Virus record (IMG/VR): IMGVR_UViG_3300029305_002455
DNA length: 38,691 bases
DNA from: a virus
Reading direction: 5' to 3' (one strand)
Below are positions 9,706-18,803 of this stretch, piece after piece (the first letter of the stretch is position 1; the number at the start of each line of letters is the position of its first letter). A program made the position numbers and the translations under genes. Under the pieces are notes generated by a model. That model made no database searches and was not told the origin of the DNA. It saw only the letters and a list, made by a program, of their open reading frames with translations.

Positions 9706-12162
9706 ATGGCTTTACAAACGAAAACTTTAATAGCTGATGGTTCAAAAGGACATCATAGATTTTATTTAGATGTAATAGAAGATAGCACTTCAACTTCTGG
9801 TAATACTTCATCTTTAAGTTATGTATTAAGAATAGATGCAACAAGTTGGAATTGGAATGGTTGGGGAAGTAGTATTAAATATACAATAGTAATAGGTAGT
9901 CATACTATTACAGGTACTATTCCAGAAATACCGAAAAATTCAGCCTATACTATTAAAAGTGGTAGTGGTCTTTCAGTTGCACATAACTCGGATGGAAAGA
10001 AATCTATTACTATTAGTTTATCGATAGATGATAATGCAAATCAAAGTTATACTTCTGGAGATGCAAGTGCAAGTGATACAATGACTTTGACAACGATACC
10101 TAGATATTTAACGATAAACTCGTTTTCTGTTAAATTCATAACTGAAACATCAGCAATGGTAACTTGGTCTGTAAGTGATCCAAGAAGTGGCACATATTAT
10201 AGTTTAGATGGTGGTAACACTTGGATAGGCTCTGCCACTTATGGAGAAAGTTTAGCAAGTGATAATAAAAGTGGTTCATTTAATGTAAATGGATTAAATG
10301 CAAATACAAAATATAATATAAAAATTAAAATTAAAAGAACTGATAGTGGATTATGGACTGAAAGTGGTGTAATTGGTTTTACAACTTATGATTACCCACA
10401 TTGTACAAGCACTCCAAATTTTACAATAGGAAATGCTTTAACGATTTCCTTATATAATCCATTAGGAAGGTCTGTAACTATCAAAGGTATTGCTAAAAGT
10501 AATAATACTTCAATATTTGGTGCTACAAATGTTACTGGAACAAGTGCTACTGGTTTTAATGATAGTGATAGTGTTAATGCACAATATTCTAGTATTCCAA
10601 ATGCTAAAAGTGGAACATATAAAGTTGAAGTTACATATGGAAGCATAACTAGAACTAGAGATAATGGAAACACTTATTCAATAAAAGGCACAGAGAAGCC
10701 AACACTTGGTTCTATTACTTATGCAGATACAAATACAACAGTAACTGCAATAACAGGAAATAATCAGCACATAGTACAGAATCAATCGAATTTAAAAGTA
10801 ACTTATACAAAAGCAACTGCAAAAAATAGTGCAAGTATTTCAAAATATACATTTGTATTAAATGGTGTAACAAAAGAAAGTACATCAGCAGGTGGAACGA
10901 TTGATTTTGGAAAGATAAATAGTGCAAATAATTTAACTTTAACTATGACAGTAACAGATAGTAGAGGACTTACTTCAAGTGCAACAAAAACGATAACAAT
11001 GTTAAGTTATTCAGCACCTAATTTTACAACTTCTTTGAAAAGACTTAATAACTATGAAGATACAACATATTTAAAAGTTGATGGTTCTGTATCAAGTGTA
11101 AATGGTAAAAATAAAATAGAAGTTTTACAATACAGATATAAATTAAAAGATGGAAATTATGCAGATTATTATTCAATAGAAGATAATAAAGAATATACAT
11201 TGACTTTAAGCAAAGAAAATATATATATATTTGAAATTATAATTAAAGACACTTTTGGTACAATAGTTGTTAAAAATGCTACTCTAAATAAAGGAGTATT
11301 TCCATTATTTATTGATACAGAAAAGAATGCAGTAGGAATTAATGAATTTCCAAGAGAAGGTGAAGCATTAAGAGTTAAAGATGGAGATATAGTATTAGAA
11401 AAAGCATTAAATGGTTCGCCTAAAATGAAAGTAACTAACGGAAGTGTTAGTGCATCACTTCATGTTGGTGCAGGTGGAGTAAATCGTGGTATATGGGATG
11501 ATACAGATAATAAATGGATGCTATATAATGATGGCACAAATGTATTTTTAAATTCAAATCTTTACCCAATGTCAAGAGGTTATAACAACGAAACAGGCAA
11601 TACCGAATTATTTGATGATGTAGCAGAAGGTGAAAGTTTTTATAGAAGTGGATTATATTCTGCAAGTGTAAGTTCTACTTGGTACAATATAATAAATATT
11701 AGACATAGAAACGGACACGCTGATGGACTAGATTATGGCTTACAAATAAGAAAGGCATTTGGCTTAAATTCAACAATGCAAGTTCGTTCGCAAAATTCTA
11801 AAACCTGGTCTGGATGGGAAGCAATTTATAGAAGCAAAACATTATATGAAAATTCAAGTGGTAGTAATGGAACAGTTACATTGAATGAAACAAGTGCTAA
11901 TTTTACTTATTTGGAAATATTTTATTCAAGTGGTGATACTGTAAATAGTATAAAAGTGTATTCACCAAATGGAAAAAAGGCAAGTTTAATTTCAAGGTCT
12001 GTTGAAACTTCTTTGATGCAAGTTGATTTAGGAATAGTTGTAATATCTGGTACAACATTAACACTTTCAGATTGTAAAAGAGCAAATATTCCTAATGGAG
12101 CAGTTCCACAAATTTGGTCTGCAAGTAACATTTATATAGCAAGAGTAGTTGGTTATAGATAG
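9706..12162 (+). CDS. Tail fibre / host-specificity protein with FN3-like domain
   Basis: 818 aa; Ser/Thr/Asn-rich; ...TETSAMVTWSVSDPRSGTYYSLDGGNTW... resembles a fibronectin-III repeat. Confidence 0.55.
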   Translation: MALQTKTLIADGSKGHHRFYLDVIEDSTSTSGNTSSLSYVLRIDATSWNWNGWGSSIKYTIVIGSHTITGTIPEIPKNSAYTIKSGSGLSVAHNSDGKKSITISLSIDDNANQSYTSGDASASDTMTLTTIPRYLTINSFSVKFITETSAMVTWSVSDPRSGTYYSLDGGNTWIGSATYGESLASDNKSGSFNVNGLNANTKYNIKIKIKRTDSGLWTESGVIGFTTYDYPHCTSTPNFTIGNALTISLYNPLGRSVTIKGIAKSNNTSIFGATNVTGTSATGFNDSDSVNAQYSSIPNAKSGTYKVEVTYGSITRTRDNGNTYSIKGTEKPTLGSITYADTNTTVTAITGNNQHIVQNQSNLKVTYTKATAKNSASISKYTFVLNGVTKESTSAGGTIDFGKINSANNLTLTMTVTDSRGLTSSATKTITMLSYSAPNFTTSLKRLNNYEDTTYLKVDGSVSSVNGKNKIEVLQYRYKLKDGNYADYYSIEDNKEYTLTLSKENIYIFEIIIKDTFGTIVVKNATLNKGVFPLFIDTEKNAVGINEFPREGEALRVKDGDIVLEKALNGSPKMKVTNGSVSASLHVGAGGVNRGIWDDTDNKWMLYNDGTNVFLNSNLYPMSRGYNNETGNTELFDDVAEGESFYRSGLYSASVSSTWYNIINIRHRNGHADGLDYGLQIRKAFGLNSTMQVRSQNSKTWSGWEAIYRSKTLYENSSGSNGTVTLNETSANFTYLEIFYSSGDTVNSIKVYSPNGKKASLISRSVETSLMQVDLGIVVISGTTLTLSDCKRANIPNGAVPQIWSASNIYIARVVGYR

Positions 12163-12173
12163 GAGGTTATAGT

Positions 12174-12467
12174 ATGGCTTTAAAGAAAAATATAACTTTA
12201 GATAATGGAATAGTATTAGATTATCATAGAATAGTTAGTGTAAATAATATTACTAATCAAAACTCGATTATAGAAGTTGCCTCATATATAAATGAAGAAC
12301 AAAGAAACAAAGAAAAAGAATGGTATGAAACAAATAGTCAAGAAGATATGAATGTTTTTATTAATGCTAGATATTATTCTAAAGAATATGATAAAGAGTT
12401 AAATGTTGATAATGCTTATGATTATTTAAAAACATTAGAAGAATTTAAAGATGCAAAGGACTGTTAG
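12174..12467 (+). CDS. Hypothetical protein
   Basis: 97 aa; SD AGGAGG upstream. Confidence 0.5.
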   Translation: MALKKNITLDNGIVLDYHRIVSVNNITNQNSIIEVASYINEEQRNKEKEWYETNSQEDMNVFINARYYSKEYDKELNVDNAYDYLKTLEEFKDAKDC

Positions 12468-12478
12468 GTGGTGATAAA

Positions 12479-12742
12479 GTGGGTGAAATAATAATACCAT
12501 CATTGATTAGTGGAATATTTGCAGTAATAGTTAGTTTAATTACAAGTTCAAGTAGTAATAGAAAAATGGTTAATGAATTTAAGTTAGAAGTAACTAAAAA
12601 TCAAGCAATAACTGATACCAAAATTGAAGAACTAACAAGAGAAGTTAGAGAACATAATAATTTTGCAAGAAGAATGCCAGTTGTTGAAAATGAAATAAAG
12701 CACATAGAAGAAGAAATAGATAGATATCACAAAAAAAATTAA
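12479..12742 (+). CDS. Membrane-anchored coiled-coil protein (possibly lysis-associated, XhlA-like)
   Basis: 87 aa; GTG start with SD AGGTGG; N-terminal TM helix then coiled coil; position before holin. Confidence 0.4.
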   Translation: MGEIIIPSLISGIFAVIVSLITSSSSNRKMVNEFKLEVTKNQAITDTKIEELTREVREHNNFARRMPVVENEIKHIEEEIDRYHKKN

Positions 12743-12756
12743 AGAATGAATTGATT

Positions 12757-12783
12757 AAAGCACTAGAAATAGTGCTTTTCTCT
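12757..12783 (+). terminator. Hairpin terminator (weak T-tract)
   Basis: 8-bp stem AAAGCACT/AGTGCTTT, 6-nt loop, followed by TTCTCT. Confidence 0.45.
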
Positions 12784-12805
12784 ATATAGGAAAGGAAGAT
12801 GAAAT

Positions 12806-13129
12806 ATGAATGAAATTTTAAATGCAATACAACCTTATTTACTTGAAACAATGGTAGCAATATTAACTGGTGTTGCCACTTATATAGGAAGTAAAATTAA
12901 AAAGGTTTATGAAGAAAAGGTTAATACTGAAACAAAAGAAAGAGTTGTTAATACTGTTGTTAATGCAGTTGAACAACTTTACAGGGATTTAAATGGCGAA
13001 GAAAAATTAGAAAAATGTATTGAAAATGCTATTGAAATGCTAAATGAAAAAGGTATAACAGTTACAGATTTAGAATTAAGAATGCTTATTGAAAGTGCAG
13101 TTAATAGTTTTAACAAAGCAATTAAGTAA
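12806..13129 (+). CDS. Holin (LL-H-like)
   Basis: 107 aa; single N-terminal TM (LLETMVAILTGVATYIGS) and charged helical tail, the size and layout of LL-H holins. Confidence 0.55.
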   Translation: MNEILNAIQPYLLETMVAILTGVATYIGSKIKKVYEEKVNTETKERVVNTVVNAVEQLYRDLNGEEKLEKCIENAIEMLNEKGITVTDLELRMLIESAVNSFNKAIK

Positions 13130-13143
13130 AGGAAGTGATTAAT

Positions 13144-13473
13144 ATGGAAATGGTAAGAGGAGATACTTTTGAATTTAAGTTCAAAAGACAAACTAGAGAT
13201 GGAAGAACAATAACATCTAAGCCAGAAAAAATGTATATTACTTTTAAATGTGATGATAATTATAAATGCTTATTTCAAAAAACACTCGAAAAGGGGATTA
13301 CGTTTGATGGGGAATATTATCACGTTGTCATAGATCCTGCTGATACATATAAATTAAGTTTTAAAAAGTATGATTTTGATATTGAAATAATCAATAATGG
13401 AAAGACAAAAACTATTTATGTTGGAGAAATTGAGTTGTTAAAAGAAGTTACATTTAAATGCAATGAGGTGTAA
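13144..13473 (+). CDS. Small beta-rich protein, paralog of 6080..6415
   Basis: 109 aa from ATG 13144 (track start 13135 is a GTG 2 nt after the SD); same C-terminal EVTF-CNEV and same gene junction as the 6080 copy. Confidence 0.5.
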   Translation: MEMVRGDTFEFKFKRQTRDGRTITSKPEKMYITFKCDDNYKCLFQKTLEKGITFDGEYYHVVIDPADTYKLSFKKYDFDIEIINNGKTKTIYVGEIELLKEVTFKCNEV

Positions 13474-13475
13474 GT

Positions 13476-14360
13476 ATGGAAGAAGAACTTATTGTTATAG
13501 AATTAGAAGAAGAACAAGAAATAGTTGTTGTTGAGAATGATATAGAATATATTGCACCAACAACACAAGAAAAAATTATAATACCTAAAAAGGAACAACA
13601 ATTTGTTGTTCCTGATGAGGGTGTTTTTGCTTTATCTAAAGTAACAGTTGAAGCAATACCAAATGAGTATATTAAACCTAATGGAACATTAGATATAACA
13701 GTCAATGGCGAATATGATGTTAAACAATATGAAAAGGCTAATGTTAGTGTTGGTGGAGTTAGTATTAATAATGCAAGATATTTGTTTTATAACAATAACA
13801 GAATAGACCAAATAGAAGAAGTTTTGAGTTTAGTTAGTTCCAATGTTATCGACTATGGGTTTTTATTTCAATATTGCTCAAACTTAACAACAATACCATT
13901 GATAGATATAAGCAACGGAAAAATTTTAGGTAATATGTTTGACGGTTGCTCATCTTTAGTATCAATACCGCAATTAGATACAAGAAATAGTACTGACTGG
14001 TATCAAATGTTTAGAACTTGTAGACAACTAACAACAGTACCACAACTTGATGCAAGTAATTGCAATAGATTACAAGGTTTATTTTTCCAATGCTCAAATT
14101 TAACAACATTAGGTGGCTTCAAAGATTTAGGTAAATCCTATTCAACAACATCAAGCACAAGTACTACACTATATAAATTAGATTTATCCGTTTCAACTTT
14201 ATTAACTCACGAAAGTTTAATGAATGTAATAAATAATTTATATGATATTGCAAGTATTGGAGTTAAACCACAAGATTTAGTATTAGGTGCAACTAATTTA
14301 GCAAAATTAACAGAAGAAGAAATAGCAATAGCCCAAACAAAGGGTTGGAATGTTTCATAG
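13476..14360 (+). CDS. BspA-type leucine-rich-repeat protein (putative virion adhesin / second RBP)
   Basis: 294 aa. About 23-aa repeats (...FQYCSNLTTIPLIDIS..., ...FDGCSSLVSIPQLDT..., ...FRTCRQLTTVPQLDAS..., ...FFQCSNLTTLGG...). N-terminal ...VVPDEGVFALSKVTVEAIPNEYIKPNGTLDITVNGEYDV... as in phage structural LRR proteins. Confidence 0.6.
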   Translation: MEEELIVIELEEEQEIVVVENDIEYIAPTTQEKIIIPKKEQQFVVPDEGVFALSKVTVEAIPNEYIKPNGTLDITVNGEYDVKQYEKANVSVGGVSINNARYLFYNNNRIDQIEEVLSLVSSNVIDYGFLFQYCSNLTTIPLIDISNGKILGNMFDGCSSLVSIPQLDTRNSTDWYQMFRTCRQLTTVPQLDASNCNRLQGLFFQCSNLTTLGGFKDLGKSYSTTSSTSTTLYKLDLSVSTLLTHESLMNVINNLYDIASIGVKPQDLVLGATNLAKLTEEEIAIAQTKGWNVS

Positions 14361-14369
14361 GAGGAAAGT

Positions 14370-14549
14370 ATGGAAATAATAGAAACAAAATTAAAAAAAT
14401 TAATTGCAAGTGAGGGTAAATTACTTGTGCCAAAAACAATAAATTATGATGAAGATGGAAATGAAATACCAAGACAAGGTGCAAAAGTAGTTTATTTAGC
14501 AATTAGTGGAAACGAAAGCGATTATGAAGAAATAGAAGATGCTCAATAG
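14370..14549 (+). CDS. Small hypothetical protein (59 aa, below track cut-off)
   Basis: ATG 14370 with SD AGGAGG 5 nt upstream; MEIIETKLKKLIASEGK... Confidence 0.4.
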   Translation: MEIIETKLKKLIASEGKLLVPKTINYDEDGNEIPRQGAKVVYLAISGNESDYEEIEDAQ

Positions 14550-14561
14550 GGCATCTTTTTA
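14536..14561 (+). terminator. Rho-independent terminator
   Basis: Stem AAGATGC/GCATCTT, 8-nt loop, T-run. Confidence 0.5.
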
Positions 14562-14579
14562 TATTAGGAGGAATGAATT

Positions 14580-15440
14580 ATGAATAATTTAGAATTTGTA
14601 AATAAGGCTATTGATATAGCAAAAAACTATAAAACACTATATGTAATGGGATGCTTTGGAGCACCAATGACAGAAAGTAATAAAACAAGATATTGTAAAA
14701 ATCATAGTTACAATAAACAAGCATCAAGAACTAAAATGATAAAGAATGCTAGTGCAGATACATTTGGTTTTGATTGTGTATGTTTAATAAAAGGTATTCT
14801 TTGGGGATGGAATGGAAATAAAAACAAAGTATATGGTGGAGCAAATTATGCTTCTAATGGAGTGCCAGATGTAAGTGCAGATGGTATGATTGCAAAATGT
14901 TCTGGAGTATCAACTAACTTTTCTAATATGGAAAAAGGTGAAGTTGTATGGATGAAAGGACATATAGGTATTTATATTGGAGATGGACTTGCAGTAGAAT
15001 GTACTCCTTCTTGGAGCAATAAAGTTCAAATAACTGCAGTTGGAAATATAGGTAATAAAGCAGGTTATAATACTAGAAAATGGACTAAAAGAGGAAAGTT
15101 GCCTTATATAACATATATAAAAGAAGTAACTCCAGAAAAGGGATCTGAAACTAAAAAAACAGTTGATGAATTAGCAAAAGAAGTTTTAGAAGGTAAGTGG
15201 GGTAATGGTTCAGAAAGAAAGAAAAGATTAACTGATGCAGGTTATGATTATTCAGCAGTTCAAAAGAAAGTAAATGAATTAGCAAAAAAACCTACTTATA
15301 AAACTCATATAGTTAAAAAAGGAGAAACATTAAGTGGAATTGCTAAAAAGTATGGAACAACATATCAAAAAATAGCAAAAGATAATAACATCAGCAATCC
15401 TAATAAGATAAGTGTAGGACAAAAGTTGATTATAAAATAA
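14580..15440 (+). CDS. Endolysin: cysteine peptidase (NlpC/P60- or Amidase_5-like) + CW_7 + LysM
   Basis: 286 aa. Motifs: [11 protein letters not shown] (Cys), [10 protein letters not shown] (His); [26 protein letters not shown] (Cpl-7/CW_7); C-terminal [33 protein letters not shown]...ISVGQKLII (LysM). Confidence 0.8.
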   Translation: MNNLEFVNKAIDIAKNYKTLYVMGCFGAPMTESNKTRYCKNHSYNKQASRTKMIKNASADTFGFDCVCLIKGILWGWNGNKNKVYGGANYASNGVPDVSADGMIAKCSGVSTNFSNMEKGEVVWMKGHIGIYIGDGLAVECTPSWSNKVQITAVGNIGNKAGYNTRKWTKRGKLPYITYIKEVTPEKGSETKKTVDELAKEVLEGKWGNGSERKKRLTDAGYDYSAVQKKVNELAKKPTYKTHIVKKGETLSGIAKKYGTTYQKIAKDNNISNPNKISVGQKLIIK

Positions 15441-15443
15441 GAA

Positions 15444-15471
15444 AAGGAGCAGAAATGCTCCTTATTTTTTT
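15444..15471 (+). terminator. Rho-independent terminator after the lysis module
   Basis: Stem AAGGAGC/GCTCCTT, loop AGAAAT, then ATTTTTTT. Confidence 0.7.
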
Positions 15472-15478
15472 ATGCTAT

Positions 15479-15525
15479 AATGTACAACATTTATGTACCT
15501 ATTCATTAGTACATAGAAGATAGAA
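15479..15525. other. Candidate attP core for the serine integrase
   Basis: Lies between the terminator and the integrase stop. Imperfect dyad TATGTAC-N10-GTACATA (15492..15515) plus a third ATGTAC at 15480. Confidence 0.35.
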
Positions 15526-15526
15526 A

Positions 15527-17062
15527 TTATATTTTCATAAAAAGTTCTATGATGAAATTGGACCTAGCATCTTCGTTCCACCTGCCACCTTTGTCTTTTT
15601 CATATGTAATTTTATCAATTATATAAGATAGTAGTTTATTTCTGTCTGCCATAGATAAAGAGTGATATTCGTTTAAGCAATTTTCAATAACAGGTATAGC
15701 CTTTATTTTGTGATTAAGTTCTGCATTTTCCAACTGACTATTTAAAGTGCTTTTTAAGGCATTTAAGCGATTTTCTTCTTCTCTAGTATAATTCCTTAAA
15801 AAAGTATATTCATCTTCAGTAATCTTGTTTCTATTGTAGTTTACAAGTGCATTTTGCAAATCTTTGTTTAAAAGTTCTAGTTCTTTGTCAATTTTATTGA
15901 TTTTTTTATCAATAGCATTAGTTGATGTTTTAATTTCTTCTTCATAGTTATCTAAAAATTGTTTATAACTATTTAGTTCTTTTTTTAGAAGTTCTATAAC
16001 TCTATCTTCAACTAAAGTTAAGTCAGAAGATACACATTTGCATCCAATAGTTTTGCATATTAAAGTTGGAACAGGTCTTTTGTCATAAGGTCTTCTAACC
16101 ATATTAGAGCCACAGTATTTGCATTTTACAAGTCCTGCAAGTGGATTTTTAATAGTTTTATCACTTCTAACATTTTTAGATGCTTTAGATTTAAGCAACT
16201 CTTGTGCTTTATTAAAAATATCTTCACTTATTATAGGAGTATGTAAGCCTTTAACTCTTAAGTAGTCATTGTTAACAGGTCGAGATTTTAATATTTCGCC
16301 ATCTTGCATAGTTTTTTTGCCTTCCCTTCTGCCATAAGAAACATAGCCAATATATATTTCGCTCATTAAAATGTTTCTAGTCATTGCAGGTGTCCATTGT
16401 TTGCCAGTATGACTTTTTATTCCTAGTTCAATTAAATGTTTTGCGAGATTAGTTGTTCCCATACCTTCAAGGAATTTTTCAAATATGTATTTTACATTTT
16501 CAGTATCTTTATTTGGAGTTAGAGTATAACCCTTTTTAGGCAGTTTGATTTTATCATAACCATAAGGAGCAACAGAACCGATATAAAGCCCATCTTCGAC
16601 ACTTCTAATCCTGCCCCTAACTAGAATCTCTTTTACATATTCCAAGTAGTCATTGCCCCTTAAAAGTTCTTGTTCAAAATATTTTCTATCGAATTTATTG
16701 TTTAAATCATAAACTTTAGTTGGAGTAATTACTTTAGTATTAGTATATTTAAAAGTGTTTACTATTCTATCAATGTCGCCAAAACTACCACGAGAAAGTC
16801 TTTGTGGTTCAACAACTATGACATCATCAACAAGTCCTAGTTCTATATCTTTTAGTAATTTTAGCATCATAGGTCTTTCATTTATAGTTTCGCCAGATAC
16901 AACTTCACGATATATGCAATCTTCAGGGATCTGTTTTCCAAAAACTCTTATGCAGTAGTCTTGTAACATTTTTTCGTGTCTTGATAAAACTTCTTCAACA
17001 CTTTCAGATTGATTGTCAGTCCTTGATTTTCTCAAGTACATTATGATTTTTCGCCTTATCAT
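15527..17062 (-). CDS. Large serine recombinase (integrase)
   Basis: 511 aa; N-terminal resolvase motif YLRKSRTDNQ; recombinase domain; Cys-rich zinc ribbon (CKYCGS...CKTIGCKC); coiled-coil C-terminus; SD AGGAG 8 nt before ATG 17062. Confidence 0.9.
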   Translation of the reverse strand: MIRRKIIMYLRKSRTDNQSESVEEVLSRHEKMLQDYCIRVFGKQIPEDCIYREVVSGETINERPMMLKLLKDIELGLVDDVIVVEPQRLSRGSFGDIDRIVNTFKYTNTKVITPTKVYDLNNKFDRKYFEQELLRGNDYLEYVKEILVRGRIRSVEDGLYIGSVAPYGYDKIKLPKKGYTLTPNKDTENVKYIFEKFLEGMGTTNLAKHLIELGIKSHTGKQWTPAMTRNILMSEIYIGYVSYGRREGKKTMQDGEILKSRPVNNDYLRVKGLHTPIISEDIFNKAQELLKSKASKNVRSDKTIKNPLAGLVKCKYCGSNMVRRPYDKRPVPTLICKTIGCKCVSSDLTLVEDRVIELLKKELNSYKQFLDNYEEEIKTSTNAIDKKINKIDKELELLNKDLQNALVNYNRNKITEDEYTFLRNYTREEENRLNALKSTLNSQLENAELNHKIKAIPVIENCLNEYHSLSMADRNKLLSYIIDKITYEKDKGGRWNEDARSNFIIELFMKI

Positions 17063-17417
17063 TGTATAATCTCCTACATAGATTTATTTGTTGTTTTAAT
17101 AGGTCTAGCAAGTCTTTTTTTGCTTCATAGGGTAAATCATCAACTGAAGTCAGAATGTCCTTTAAATCATACTCAAATGAGTTATTTTGGGTAAGTCCTA
17201 ACAACTCTGATGGTTTGATATTCAAGACTGCACATATTTTATTGACAGTAGAAGTAGGCATAGTAGATATTTTTCCTGCTTCATATCTTGAAATGCTACT
17301 TTCAGTAAGTCCTACCTTTTCAGCAAGTTGGTATTGAGTGAGATTTAAGGATTTTCTTCGTTCTTTAATTTTAGAACCGATTTCTTTATAGTTTAGATTT
17401 TCCATAATTTTCTTCAA
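17016..17417 (-). CDS. CI-like repressor (XRE-family HTH)
   Basis: 133 aa; ...LNLTQYQLAEKVGLTESSISRYEAGK... HTH; divergent from the early genes; overlaps the integrase start by 47 nt. Confidence 0.75.
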   Translation of the reverse strand: MKKIMENLNYKEIGSKIKERRKSLNLTQYQLAEKVGLTESSISRYEAGKISTMPTSTVNKICAVLNIKPSELLGLTQNNSFEYDLKDILTSVDDLPYEAKKDLLDLLKQQINLCRRLYNDKAKNHNVLEKIKD

Positions 17418-17432
17418 CTCCTTTGTAATATA

Positions 17433-17461
17433 ATGATAATGAATTTAGTGCAAGTTTGCAA
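17433..17461 (-). promoter_or_regulatory. Candidate repressor (maintenance) promoter
   Basis: On the - strand: TTGCAA, 17-nt spacer, TATCAT, then SD AAGGAG and ATG 17417. The spacer carries the degenerate operator copy. Confidence 0.4.
17437..17455 (-). promoter_or_regulatory. Degenerate copy (16/19) of the 19-bp operator, flanked by an extra ACTTGCA half-site
   Basis: - strand reads ACTTGCACTAAATTCATTA versus consensus ACTTGAATTWAATTCATAA; another ACTTGCA 8 nt upstream. Confidence 0.45.
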
Positions 17462-17555
17462 GTAAAATTTGTATGTACATCAATAGAAAATTATTGTAAA
17501 ATAGCCATAAAAGAATAAAAAAAAGCAAAAAATGATAAAAAATGTTCAAAAACTA

Positions 17556-17584
17556 TTTACAAAGAATTTAAAAAATGTTAGAGT
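17556..17584 (+). promoter_or_regulatory. Candidate early rightward promoter P_A
   Basis: TTTACA, 17-nt spacer, TAGAGT with TGT just upstream (extended -10), followed by a TTGTAA box and a short hairpin GGAAC-ACCT-GTTCC. Confidence 0.5.
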
Positions 17585-17637
17585 ATTATTGTAAAAGGAA
17601 CACCTGTTCCCCTTACAAAAGAAAGAGGATGAAGAAA

Positions 17638-17835
17638 ATGAAAAAAGAATATGAAATTGTAGGAAAGAACAAAGATGGCGATTGGGAAACAATAGAAAGT
17701 GAATTAAAAACATTAAGACAAGCAATCAATAAAGCAAAAAAAATAAATGTTAAAGATTGGATTTACATTGATATTAATTTAATTGTCAATGATGACCTAA
17801 CAGAAACATATGATATTAACGGAAAAGTTAGATAG
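17638..17835 (+). CDS. Hypothetical early protein
   Basis: 65 aa from ATG 17638 (SD AGAGG 9 nt upstream). The track start 17575 lies inside the promoter. Confidence 0.5.
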   Translation: MKKEYEIVGKNKDGDWETIESELKTLRQAINKAKKINVKDWIYIDINLIVNDDLTETYDINGKVR

Positions 17836-17844
17836 AAAGAAGAA

Positions 17845-18051
17845 ATGAAAATGAAAAAGAGAAAATTAACTAAAACAGGAAAGGTAGTATTTACTACATT
17901 AACATTTATATTAAGTGCTATTATTTATTATTTAATGGGTATTCTAGGCGAATTAGCTACCGAAGGTATTATTTATCAACTAGCTTTGATAATTGGCTGG
18001 GGGTGGCTTTTTATAGGTCAAATAGCAATATATTTTATGATATGGGAATAA
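17845..18051 (+). CDS. Small membrane protein (two TM helices)
   Basis: 68 aa; basic N-terminus then two hydrophobic helices. Location next to immunity genes suggests exclusion or moron function (inference). Confidence 0.5.
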   Translation: MKMKKRKLTKTGKVVFTTLTFILSAIIYYLMGILGELATEGIIYQLALIIGWGWLFIGQIAIYFMIWE

Positions 18052-18061
18052 GGAGTTGGAA

Positions 18062-18232
18062 ATGAAATTATATAGAATTTTAGTACAAGAAACATTAGAA
18101 AGAGTAGTAGAAATAGAAGCAGAAACAGAAGAAGAAGCATTTGATAAAGTATCAGAAGCGTATAACCAAGAAGAAATCGTTTTAGATTGGCAAGATTGCA
18201 TTGATAGAAATATAGAAATTCTGGAAGATTAA
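18062..18232 (+). CDS. DpnD/PcfM-like small protein (56 aa, below track cut-off)
   Basis: MKLYRILVQETLERVVEIEAETEEEAFDKVSEAYNQEEIVLDWQDCIDRNIEILED matches the pattern of this family; SD AAGGAG upstream. Confidence 0.5.
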   Translation: MKLYRILVQETLERVVEIEAETEEEAFDKVSEAYNQEEIVLDWQDCIDRNIEILED

Positions 18233-18313
18233 TTAACTTCTTCTATAATGCCACCAAAGATGGTTGCAAGTCCATTTGAAAAAGGCAGAGCATAGACAGA
18301 AGGGAGAGATAAG

Positions 18314-18544
18314 ATGGTCGCTAACATCAACAAGTTAAAAGGAAAAATTGCAGAAAACGGATACACAATGAAATCGTTATCTAAAGAAATAGGTATGAGT
18401 GAAACAACATTAAGAAGAAAAATCAACTTTGAAAATCAAGATTTTACTATTGGTGAAAGCCAAAAGGTAAGAGAAAAGTTAAATCTTAATGTTGAAGAAT
18501 ACTTGTACATATTCTTCAATGAAGAACTTGAATTAAATTCATAA
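18314..18544 (+). CDS. Small HTH DNA-binding protein (Cro-like candidate)
   Basis: 76 aa; ...GYTMKSLSKEIGMSETTLRRKIN... HTH; SD GGGAGAG. Its last codons form operator site 1. Confidence 0.5.
   Translation: MVANINKLKGKIAENGYTMKSLSKEIGMSETTLRRKINFENQDFTIGESQKVREKLNLNVEEYLYIFFNEELELNS
18526..18544. promoter_or_regulatory. Operator site 1: ACTTGAATTAAATTCATAA
   Basis: 13-bp palindromic core TGAATTAAATTCA; one of four near-identical copies. Confidence 0.55.
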
Positions 18545-18630
18545 TATATGGTGTTTATTGAATTTTATTTAATCAAGTTATTAAAATTTAAGCATATAAT
18601 ATATTGAATTAATAAAAAGGGAATATGAAG

Positions 18631-18783
18631 ATGGATAAAGTGTATAGACCAGAAACACCAAAAAAAGAGGATTTAAAAAATTTGTATGATGTATGTAATA
18701 GCATCTTTAAAAAGAAAGAATGTTTTTACACAAAAGAAGAAGTAAAAAAATTAAAAGAAGATAAAAGCAATGTGTTTTTATAA
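18631..18783 (+). CDS. Small hypothetical protein (50 aa)
   Basis: ATG 18631; SD AAAAGGG 9 nt upstream; fills the gap before the SSB-like gene. Confidence 0.35.
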   Translation: MDKVYRPETPKKEDLKNLYDVCNSIFKKKECFYTKEEVKKLKEDKSNVFL

Positions 18784-18803
18784 AAGGAAGGAAAAAGAGA
18801 ATT

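Noticed and set aside
6080-13473. The possibility that the two paralogous small genes are a DGR template/variable-repeat pair.
   Set aside because: There is no reverse transcriptase anywhere in the genome. Divergence is spread over the whole length and is not adenine-specific. Nucleotide identity is high only at the 3' junction.
15527-17062. Serine recombinase as a separate transposon or IS inserted into the phage.
   Set aside because: There are no flanking inverted or direct repeats. It is coupled to the repressor and sits at the canonical lysis/lysogeny boundary, so it is the phage's own integrase.
17575-17637. Upstream extensions of track ORFs, such as 17575 (also 29730, 20140, 36532, 33134, 30770 and 31303).
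   Set aside because: The extensions run through promoter or operator elements or lack an SD. Internal ATG/TTG codons with properly spaced SD sequences were preferred.
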